NCBI GenBank assembly: GCA_001275005.1
Contig: JWZX01002633.1
Span: forward strand, 1 to 34,730
Reading direction: 5' to 3'
Length of the DNA stretch: 34,730 nucleotides
Origin: Chrysochromulina tobinii
Taxonomy: Eukaryota
In this document: positions 1-8,830 of the stretch, one piece after another
Layout of the letters: each line of letters opens with the position of its first letter
Position numbering within the stretch: the stretch's first letter is position 1
Program-made: the position numbers and the translations under genes
The notes under the pieces: model-generated
What the model saw: the letters and a program-made list of their open reading frames with translations, nothing else
Database searches by the model: none
What the model was told of the DNA's origin: nothing

Positions 1-85
1 ATTAACATTAACATGAAACAACGTTAAGGAAAAAAATTAACGCTTCCTTAACGTTAGAACTCAAATCTAACGTTAGGCTACTCTA
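1..85. mobile_element. Probable terminus of a DNA transposon (AT-rich, TAACG/AACGTTA subterminal repeats), truncated by the window edge
   Basis: AT-rich island with repeated (T)AACGTTA/TAACG motifs at about 20, 49, 68; ends ...GGCTACTCTA at 85 (reverse complement TAGAGTAGCC, resembling TAG-type hAT termini). The other end is outside the window. Confidence 0.4.
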
Positions 86-104
86 ACGGCTCGGTAAGTA
101 GGTC

Positions 105-1496
105 TCACCACTCATCCAGGGGCTCCGGGCCGAGCGCCGGGTTGAGCTCATTCCACACGCGATAGAAGCCCACGCTTAGCATGATGCCGAAGATCCAGTA
201 GCGCAGCGAGCCTGCGCCCGCGTCGCGCGCCGGCGGCGGCGCCCCCCGTGCGCCCATTTCCTCCTCGTCAGGGTTGTCAGCATCGTCCTCCCCCTCGCCG
301 CCTTGCTGCTCCTGCCGCTGCATCCGCTGCAGCTCCTTGACGATCAGCGGGTCCAACAGGTCAATGCCATGCTTCTTGGCGTCGGCAATCTGCTCTGGCG
401 TCGGGTTGGCGAAGTCGATGTTCTTGGGGTCGTTGCGCGCCGAGCGCACCTCCTCCTCCGCAGCAAGTCGTTTGTACTCTTCAAGCTGTTGCCGATGCAC
501 CGCCAGCTTCTTCTCGAGCTCGTCAGCATCCGCATGGCGTCTGTTCTCACGCAGGTGGGCGATGGCCGCCTCGGCCTCCCGCGCCTCCTTCTCCGCCATC
601 TCGGGCGTGCGCGGCTTACCCGCCGCCGGGTCGTTCAGCTTCTTCTCCTCCTCAGCACGTGCCCTCTGAGCCGCGAGCGTCTTCTCGTCGTACAGCTCAC
701 TCTTATCGAAGAGGCCCTTGAGCGCGGACGCGTCCTTCTTCTTGGCCTCGAGGCGCCCCTTTTTGAGCTTCGTGAGCAGCGCGCGGATCTCCTTGTCGTC
801 GGGCGCGGCCGCCGCCGCCTCGCTGAGGTCGGCAATGGCCGAGTCATTGTCGCCGTCGGTGGCGGTCAGTGGCTCGCTCCGCGCGCGCGCGCGCCGGTAG
901 AGCGCCTTCGAGTTGAGGCCGTCGAGTTCGAGGGCGTTCGTGCACGCCTGCACGCACCGCTTGTAGTCCTCGTCGATGCTCGAGCCTAGCTCGGGCTTCC
1001 CCGTACATGCGCGACCGAGGAAGCACGCACCCAAGTTGTTGTAGCACGACGTGGCAAAATCGCGCACCGCCCTGCGCTCGTCCTCGTCCTCGGCCCGGCC
1101 CTCGCCAACGATGTCGTCGATCAGGTCGATGGATTCGTCCTTGATGCCTTTGTTCTTCCAGTCAGGGTCGTTTTGCCGCAGGTACCGGAAGGCGCCGATC
1201 GCCGCCTCGTAGCACTCGACCGCACTCGCATACTTCTTCTTCCGGAAGAATTCGTTGCCCTGCTCCTTGAGCTCGGCCGCCCCGGCGAGCCGCGCGCCGA
1301 CGGGTAGCTTGCGCAGCTCGAGGCACGTTTGGTTCTGCATCCACATCGAGTTCTGCAGGTAGGTGGGGTACCCCTCGAACTTGCGGCGGTGCTTCTCCAT
1401 CTCATGGCTCTTCATACCCATCGCATGGTGCATCATGTTGCCAAACTCGGTGGACCGATCCATGATCCCTGGCGTGTTTAGCATGTTGCCCGGCAT
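105..1496 (-). CDS. TPR-domain (Hsp70/Hsp90 co-chaperone-like) protein with coiled coil and C-terminal membrane anchor, about 463 aa
   Basis: Three-TPR pattern AAELKEQGNEFFRKKKYASAVECYEAA / SCYNNLGACFL / CTNALELDGLNSKALYRRARAR with carboxylate-clamp-type K, N, N, K, R; hydrophobic tail LRYWIFGIMLSVGFY. Start set at MPGNM (1496); the ORF extension to 2096 looks like antisense of the neighbouring gene. Confidence 0.85.
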   Translation of the reverse strand: MPGNMLNTPGIMDRSTEFGNMMHHAMGMKSHEMEKHRRKFEGYPTYLQNSMWMQNQTCLELRKLPVGARLAGAAELKEQGNEFFRKKKYASAVECYEAAIGAFRYLRQNDPDWKNKGIKDESIDLIDDIVGEGRAEDEDERRAVRDFATSCYNNLGACFLGRACTGKPELGSSIDEDYKRCVQACTNALELDGLNSKALYRRARARSEPLTATDGDNDSAIADLSEAAAAAPDDKEIRALLTKLKKGRLEAKKKDASALKGLFDKSELYDEKTLAAQRARAEEEKKLNDPAAGKPRTPEMAEKEAREAEAAIAHLRENRRHADADELEKKLAVHRQQLEEYKRLAAEEEVRSARNDPKNIDFANPTPEQIADAKKHGIDLLDPLIVKELQRMQRQEQQGGEGEDDADNPDEEEMGARGAPPPARDAGAGSLRYWIFGIMLSVGFYRVWNELNPALGPEPLDEW

Positions 1497-1704
1497 ATTA
1501 GTGGCTCCGAGCGCCGATCGTCCCGCGAAGCTCGCATTGGACGCGACTTGTCCACAGTCTTGCACACGCTGTGTGAATGAAAGGCAAAATTTCGCAAGCG
1601 ACGCGCACGGAAGCCAAGACTCGGGCCGGCGTTGTGGCGGAGATTCGCTTTTTGCGCGGCGAGGAGGCGTTTCGAGTTTGCGAGACCCGCTGGCCTCACA
1701 AGCA

Positions 1705-3632
1705 ATGGCGGGCAGCTTCGAAACGCCCGAGGATCTGCCGCGCGCGCTGCGATCCTGGGCAGGGCGCTGCCTCTCCGACGAGTCCGCACCGCTGTTGACG
1801 TCAGTATTGCTCACGTGGGCGTGCGATGCTACCGACGAGGCCTCTCGAGTACAATGGCGGGAGCTCAACGACCTCTGCAGGGACTCTGAATTTGGATTCG
1901 GACATAGCAGGGCGGACGCCGTCGAGGAGCGCGATCGCAGCCGCGCTGCTGATGCGTCACTCGGCACCGGACCGGTGATGGTCGACTTCAGCCCTCCAGA
2001 GCCGCAGGGCGCGTCTGAGGCCGCTGAGACCCGTTGGATGGAAGCCGAGCATGGTAAAGAACGGGGCACTTTTGGCAGCTCGCGCGACGCTTCCATTCAC
2101 ATTCATACTATGAACGCGGCGCTCATGCCATTGCCAAAGGCTGGGCGGACCTCGCAGACCATTCGATTACGCTTCCAAATCCCCGGCCCGGGCGCCTACT
2201 CGCCAGACGTCGGCAGCGTGCCGTTCGCGAGCACCTCACACACCTCGTTGTTTCCACAGGGCGCGACGTGGGGGCGTGACGACCGGTACAAGCACCTGTC
2301 GCGTGCCGTGACGCCGAGTGCTGCCGCACTCTCGGCTTCGACCCCCCTGCCACCGCTCAGTGGACCGTCCTCTGGCTTCTATCCCATGCCGGTACGGACC
2401 CACCTGCCCATGCTTCGCCGGACGCTCACGGTCGCTCGTCACACGTGCTGCCCCCTCTGCTTGCTGACGAACTCCCATCGGCCCCGACTGCCCGGCCGCA
2501 GGTCTTTCCCGCGCCTAAGGAGCGTGCATCGGGTATCGGCAGCCGCTGCCGCGCGCGCCTGTTCCCACCCGCCGCCATGCTTCCCGGCGGTCAACCCCCA
2601 GAGCGCATCCGCGAGAGGATCGAGGCCGTGCGTGAGCTCAACAAGAAGACCCTCGTCGGCCCCGACCCGTGCTCGTACTCGCCGGGCAACAAGTTCAATT
2701 CGGAGTTCCCCACAAAGAGTGTGGGCCGTCTGTCGGCCCAGGGCCTTTTTCGCCCGAGCACTGCGCTTGACGAGGAGGGCGCCTCAGTGTACGAGATCGA
2801 GAGGCAGGCTGAGGAGATGCGCAGGGAGGCGCGCGACCGGAGGTATGACCAGCGCCGCCGCGAGGATGTTGAAGTTGAGCTCAACCGCGTGCGGCAGAAG
2901 CACCTACTGCTCGCGGCGGGGGCGAAGCGAAGCATTGGACAGAGCGCAGGTAGCGAACGGTCAACCTCCTCCGGCGAGATGGATGTACTTGCGGAGCTGC
3001 GAAAGCGGCTCGATGGCAGCCTGCAGCGCATGTCCGACCTCTTCTCCGCCATCGACGTGAGCTGGGACGGGCTGGTGTCGCGCGAGGAGCTCGGCGTGGC
3101 GCTCGCCGGCCTCGGTCTCGACGTCTCTCGCGACGAGGTGCGCGCGCTCTTCGACCGTATTGACGTGGACCGCTCAGGCGAGATTGACTTCCGGGAGCTC
3201 AAGCGAGCTCTCTACCGACCTCCCTCGTCCAAGAAGAACAGCGCCGAAGCCGCCCATTCGCGATGGGAGGCGGCCAAGACCGCCGCACGGCCCTCGACGA
3301 TCTCGGATGAGCAGCTCAAGGCGTATCAGGGACTGGGCATTCGACGGAGGGCGGGAGCTCACAAAACCAACAGCCCGTGGGCGACAGGCCCTGGGCGCAA
3401 AATCTCGGTTGAGTTCCTAAGTGGCATGGAGCCGCCGGAAGTAAGGAGCATGGGGCCTGCTCAGTACGACCCCCGCCCTGGCACTCATTACGTCAAGCAC
3501 CGAACGTGCGACCTGGGTGGCGATGTTGGAAGAAACAAACGGTCGCCATTGCAGGCGGAGCCGGGCACGGTCGCGGGCTACATTTACCGCGCTCGTGATC
3601 AGTCGGAGGGGGCATGGACGATGAATTTATAG
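1705..3632 (+). CDS. PG-rich (SHIPPO/STPGR-like) repeat and EF-hand protein, probably flagellar; exons 1705 (or 2110)-2391 and 2502-3632
   Basis: PGPGAYSP, GPDPCSYSP and GPAQYDP motifs; two EF-hand loops DVSWDGLVSREE and DVDRSGEIDFRE. Phase-0 intron 2392-2501 (GTACGG...GCTGAC...CCGCAG) joins ORF frames 1363 and 2445 in frame. Start codon uncertain (ATG 1705 or 2110). Confidence 0.7.
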
Positions 3633-4917
3633 ACGTGCGTCAGACGCTCACAAGGGCGACCGAGTAAGACGACCTCGGGGCTACGACGATGCGTACTTAT
3701 ACGTAGCCTTCGTCCTTGGATCGGATGGTGGGATTCGCCCGGGACATTCACATGCGCTCCCGGGGAGCGGGGTTGCGTTCGATGCTTGCCACTTGCTTGC
3801 CTGCGCCGTCTCGCAGAGATTGTGTGCAAGCAAGCACTGCGGCCTCCTCATCCTGTGGGTCGTCGGTGCAGGTCCGAGGTCGCCGGTTCCCTCGTCCCCT
3901 GTGAACACAGAACGAAAATTGTTCAGAAAGGCTCATGTAATTGGACAAATAAGGAAACGCCACACGGGATCAATTGCTGGGGGTTCCAGGACGTGCAGGT
4001 CATCTACCAGCGCACTTGCTCCCACAAGCACAGGACGTCACTGAGCGGTTCTGAGGTCAGGTCGGACCGCTGAGAAAATGACGCTTTTTTTTGCCCAGGA
4101 GTTGTCGAGAGGGTGTTTCAAGACTCCCTGTAGTTAGTAGGGGGCCCTCGGAGGCGCGGGGGGGTTAGGGGGGGGTAAAAACAAAAATCGTGAAACGAAG
4201 GCCTTCGGAAATAGGGAATTTGAAGGGAATCGTGAATCGAAGGCGTTTCGTCACTAGAAACCCTATCCATGGCGCACCTAAGCATCATCGACGCGGTTGC
4301 GTGAGCGGAGCGACTTGTTAAGCTCGCGACCGCCCGGCTCGTACTCGGAGACGAAGGAGTACTACGAAGTCATCCTGAAGGAGTCAATCGTCTTCCTCAA
4401 GACCAACGACAAGCGTGGCACCTCCGTCTTTCTGGTGAAGCCGAGCTTGAAGCCGTGCCAGTCCAACGCCGTACATCACGCCCAAGGTGCAGCGCGGCCT
4501 GGGCTCTTTCGGCACGGTTGAAGAGGCTGCTGCTGGTGCTTAAGGCACTGGTCGCTGGGCAGTGCCGACGCCGCTCTCGCAACCACCGTGGTGAAGGCTG
4601 CCGCCCAGGCGCGGAACGGCGCAAACTGTAGCCCTTGGCTCTGCGAATGCTGATGCTTAAAACGGTCCAGTGTGCGCCATTGATAGGGTCCGGCGATGAG
4701 GGTGGCGTACAATGTATGAGCAAAACGTGTTGTAGCGGTCATATAAGTCATTATAAGTCATTCAAGCACACCCGACACCCCGGTTGCGGTTCAAAGGTTC
4801 AATCACGCGCTACTGGAATCGAAGATAAGTGGCACCATTTCTTTCACGCAGTGGTGGGTGCTAGACCTGACCTCAGAAACGCTCAGCCGACTTCGCCACG
4901 GGCTGCAGCCTTAGGCG

Positions 4918-5928
4918 TTAGGCCAGCCTAGATGAGCACAGGACGCCCGCCACGGCGCCCGGCTGCACCCCGGCCCTCTTCTCGGCCGCCTCGCGCTCTG
5001 CCCTCCGCTTGAGCCTCGCCATGGCCTTGCCGTTGAGCTTCTGCTTCTTGGGGGGCACCGGCTCATCACCCTCGGCAACCGCACCGTTCGCGCCTTGGCT
5101 CGCGCTTGGATCAGGGGGAGCGTTCCTCTCCGTGGCCTCATAGGGTGCCTTGCGCTTTCCGACCGAGCGCATCTCCGCCTTGATCTCCGCCTTCGAGGTT
5201 GACGAGGCTTCGGCACCGTCGTCGCCGTCGTCGCCGTCCTGCTTCAACCTTCGCTCGGAAGCTGGTAAGGGCTTCAATGGCATCGCTATCGCACCCTCGC
5301 GTAGTCCACTGCCCTGACTCCAGCCCATCTTGAGCAGCATCGAGTGCCCAAAGCCCGAGGAGATGGGCGCCTCAGCCACCTTGGCAGCCGCCTTCTTGGC
5401 GGCCTTCCGCTCCTTTTGGCGCAGCTTCTTCGCATCTACCGCAGCGCTCGGCAGCGGAGCCGACTGTGCTGGACGGCCGGACTCTTGCCCGTTTGGCAAG
5501 GGCACGTGGCCTAGGCTGCCGATCACCTTCCAAATCATAGTCTTGTCGAACACCTCGACGCCGCACTCGCGCCGCAGCTCGTCACGCAGCGCGTCCGCCT
5601 TTGCGAATTCGTGACTCTTCTTCGCCATCCGCCTCCGGAGGAGCAGATGGTGCACGCGTGGCTCGTCCGATAGGTCGACCGTGTCGCCCTGGGCGCGGCG
5701 GTAGCCATGGGCGGATTCGCCGATGCTGGCTGGCTGCTGCACCACCACTGGCAATGGGGTCAAGGCCGTCGTGGCGGGCGCAGCCGTAGAAGCTCCTCGG
5801 GAGTCCGTGGTGCCGTCGTCATCCGGAACCGTGCTGACGGCGGCGGCAGCAGGCTGCTCTGTCGAGGCGGTTGCTGGCTCAGGAGAGGCCGGCGCGCGGG
5901 CCAATTTTCGAGCCTTGCTCGCGGGCAT
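4918..5928 (-). CDS. G-patch protein with a CysRS anticodon-binding-like helical module, 336 aa
   Basis: G-patch ISSGFGHSMLLKMGWSQGSGLREGAIAMP; upstream RRRMAKKSHEFAKADALRDELRRECGVEVFDKTMIW resembles the C-terminal helical domain of cysteinyl-tRNA synthetase; basic NLS-like PPKKQK. Confidence 0.75.
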   Translation of the reverse strand: MPASKARKLARAPASPEPATASTEQPAAAAVSTVPDDDGTTDSRGASTAAPATTALTPLPVVVQQPASIGESAHGYRRAQGDTVDLSDEPRVHHLLLRRRMAKKSHEFAKADALRDELRRECGVEVFDKTMIWKVIGSLGHVPLPNGQESGRPAQSAPLPSAAVDAKKLRQKERKAAKKAAAKVAEAPISSGFGHSMLLKMGWSQGSGLREGAIAMPLKPLPASERRLKQDGDDGDDGAEASSTSKAEIKAEMRSVGKRKAPYEATERNAPPDPSASQGANGAVAEGDEPVPPKKQKLNGKAMARLKRRAEREAAEKRAGVQPGAVAGVLCSSRLA

Positions 5929-6351
5929 CCAGTCTTTCGCTGCGATGCCGGACGACGCAGACTATCTCGACTCGCTCTCGTGGACTCGTCGCATGATGGC
6001 CACTTCGTGAAAGGGGTAGTAGTTCGCCTTTTATGGGAGGCGACACAAAGTACTGTACGAGGGGACACTGAGGGGACCCGGCTGGCGCAGATTACAGATA
6101 CAGAGTACTGCGAAACACATAATGACTGTGCATACACACGGCGCGGGGCGCGTGAAACACGCCTTAAGACGTTAAGAGGAGTGCTCCATTTGCACCAAAC
6201 AGCCACCCGATGCGCAATGGGTAACACGCACATCCGATACCCGTGTTGATGGCTGACTGAGTAGCGTCATGCACGAGAGGTCGAGAGCACACGGTGTGCC
6301 CCAACGCCGAGGCCTGTCTCGCACACGTGTACCTGCGAGCTGCTGCAGTGC

Positions 6352-8603
6352 TCAACGCTCGGAGTCGGGCGCTAGCCGGGACCATCCTCGCAGTGTGAGC
6401 GCTGCTTTCGTGTTCTCAAAGACGACATACGAGATCGAGATCGAAGGCACCGCCTTGAGCAAGTTGGGCACAATGCCTCGGTACAGCCCCTTGAGTCCGT
6501 CCTTGCGCACCTGCCCATCAGAGCGCCATGAGAACGCACTCAGCGCGCACTCAGCGCTCAGCGCGCACTCAGCGTGCGCTCAGCGCACCGTGTCCACGAG
6601 GCAATCGATGAGCCCATCGTACTGGGCGACGAACCCGGGCATACCACTCGCCTGTGGGGAGGGGGAGGAGGCGCCGTAGTGAGCGCATGCACGCAGCTGG
6701 ATGACGAACCCGGGCATAGCACTTGCCTGCAGACGCGTCTTCGCGAGGGCTAGCGGGTATGTGGCCAGCTGCGCCAGGCTCGAAGAGAGCGCACCGCACC
6801 TGCCAATTCACAGTGCCAATTCACAGTACCAATTCGCGCGGTCGATCATCAGTAGCCACAGTGACCAATCAGTGGCAGTCACCCGAGCATCGTGAGCGTG
6901 CAATCAGTGGCAGTCACCCGAGCATCGTGAGCGTGCAATCAGTGGCAGTCACCCGAGCATCGTGAGCGTGCCCGGCTCCGAGCGCCGATGGTAGCGCAAC
7001 TCGGCCTTGAACGTATTATAGAGCGCAAGGTCCACCGCAGAGAAGGGGATGATGCCAATGAGGGAGGCGCCGAGGCCCTTGTACAAGGCGCCGAGGCCCT
7101 CCGCACGGACAGAGGAGCGAAGGCAGTGGCCGAGCCCCTCGTACGTGCCTGGAGTGGCCACCGCCAGGCGCGTCTTGGCCACCTGAGGAGGGAGTGTGAA
7201 TGTGAATGTGTGTCTTGGCCACCTGAGGAGGGAGGCCATCAACGGCAATCAGAGGCCATCAACGGCAATCAGAGGCCATCAACGGCAATCAGAGACCATC
7301 AACGGCAATCAGAGACCATCAACGGCAATCGGAGGGCATCAGAGGCAATTTGTGACCATCAGTGTCACTCAGGAACCATCAGCTGCACCTCTAAGGGGTA
7401 GATGGCCACGCACGACGCCGCGCCCGCGCACGCGCCCGCGAGCAACCGCTCAAAGACGCGAGGGTGGCGAGGGTCGACACAGAGAAGCATCTTCGCATGG
7501 TCGTACGTCCAAAACTTGACGCCGCTCTCGGGCATCACCTGCAATCAGTGGCAATTACAGGCGTTGAAGGCCATCACGCCGCTCTCGGGCATCACCTGCG
7601 CCCATCACGGCGCCCAATCGTGCCCATCACAGTGCCCATCAGTGGCGATCAGTGGCCATCGGCGGCCATTGCCTGCGACTCTAGTGGCAATCTGAGGCCA
7701 GCACCTCAGCGCGCACCTTGACCACATTGGCGGTGTTGCCTTGGAAGAAGGCGGGGAAGCCGCCTTGAGCGTAGATGGCGCGCAGGCCACCGACGACACC
7801 AATCGGTCGCTGCGGAGCCCACTTGATACCCACCTGCATCAGCATCTTGAGCCGATCGAGCGGCGCCGTCGCCGTGCGCGAGATCACGCCCGCGACAGCA
7901 CCTGCGAGGAAGACCGCCTCGCTCGAAGCTGTGGTCGATTCCACCGTCGAGGAGTGGACCTGGCCCGGCTCCGCGCCGGTGTCGAGGCCGCCGCCGCGCG
8001 CGGCGAGCCACGACTCGAAGGCGGCGGCCACATCCACGCGCGGCAGGCGGTACACGAACGTGGCGAACTCATGCAGCCCGAGCTCGCCGCCCCGCTGACT
8101 GCCCTGGCCGTCGAGCTGGGCGAGGAACACGGCGATCTCGCGGTCAGAGGCTTGCACGCCGAGGCGCGAGAGCGACTCCTTGAGGTCGGCGAAGGCGATC
8201 GCGTCCGTCGAGATGCGCGCGAGCGTGCGCCGAGGCGTCAGTCGCGCGAACGAATCCATGATCTCGTCCTCTCGCCGCCGCACGTAGCCGAGCAGCTCGG
8301 CGTACTCCAAGACGCCATCGTCCGCGTCCTTGCCGGCCTCGGCAAAGATTTGGCGCACGGCGAGCATCGAGCTCGGCAGCCCGAGGCGCGCGAGCCCAAG
8401 CGAGAGGTCCTCGGCCGAGATCGCGCCGGACTGCGCGTCGTACCCGAGCTCCGTCCACACGTCCCGCACGCCGTCCGAGAGCCGTCGGCGGCCTATGCCA
8501 CTCGATGGCCTCGGGCGGATGGCGCGCGGAGCGGCGCGGGTGCTGGTGCTGGTGCTGGTGGTGCTGGTGCTGGTGCTGCTGGTGCTGCTGGTGCTGCTGG
8601 CGC

Positions 8604-8634
<31 letters not shown>

Positions 8635-8658
8635 GCTGCTGATGCGGTGGCTCGTCAT
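6352..8658 (-). CDS. Calcium-binding mitochondrial carrier (SCaMC / ATP-Mg:Pi carrier, SLC25A23/24/25 family), about 538 aa; exons 8658-7717, 7538-7389, 7182-6953, 6799-6727, 6651-6589, 6510-6352
   Basis: N-terminal EF-hand-like loops ([24 protein letters not shown]); carrier repeats [86 protein letters not shown]. Exon lengths sum to 1617 nt with an open frame; four GT-AG introns and one GC-AG intron. Confidence 0.9.
6866..6970. repeat. Three exact 35-nt tandem copies spanning the exon 3/intron 3 donor junction of the SCaMC gene
   Basis: CAATCAGTGGCAGTCACCCGAGCATCGTGAGCGTG at 6866-6900, 6901-6935 and 6936-6970. Confidence 0.95.
7231..7350. repeat. Intronic 20-nt minisatellite (two 10-mer subunits) in SCaMC intron 2
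   Basis: About five copies of AGAG(G/A)CCATCAACGGCAATC. Confidence 0.9.
8540..8642. repeat. (CTG/GTG)n microsatellite encoding the poly-Ser/Thr N-terminus of the SCaMC protein
   Basis: GTGCTGGTGCTG...CTGCTGCTG run; minus-strand translation [22 protein letters not shown]. Confidence 0.9.
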
Positions 8659-8830
8659 TGCGAGTGGCGCGACGCACGTCGCTCAGGGCACGGGCTGCCG
8701 TGAAACACAACGAAGTCATGAAATGATATGACAAGACATACATGTATCCCGACCCCAAGTACACTGCCGTTCAGATGGCTCCCGACGAGTCGACGCACAG
8801 TTGAGTTGGACGGTTGGCTTCGCGAGGTTC

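Noticed and set aside
1497..2096. N-terminal 200 aa of the 663-aa minus ORF
   Set aside because: Low-complexity Ser/Arg text that overlaps the plus-strand gene; TPR-protein-like sequence begins at MPGNM.
2318..2360. Possible extra 43-nt GT-AG intron in the EF-hand gene
   Set aside because: Removing it shifts the frame, and the region is already open.
4297..4521. Weak resemblance to a linker-histone globular domain
   Set aside because: Only about 25 residues, no ATG start or basic tail; cannot be supported without a profile search.
6866..6970. 35-nt direct repeats of CRISPR-like length
   Set aside because: Copies are contiguous with no spacers, overlap a splice donor, and there are no cas genes; eukaryotic context.
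7741..8764. Poly-Q/H, poly-L and GAG-rich ORFs around the CTG repeat
   Set aside because: Alternative-frame readings of the microsatellite inside the SCaMC exon.
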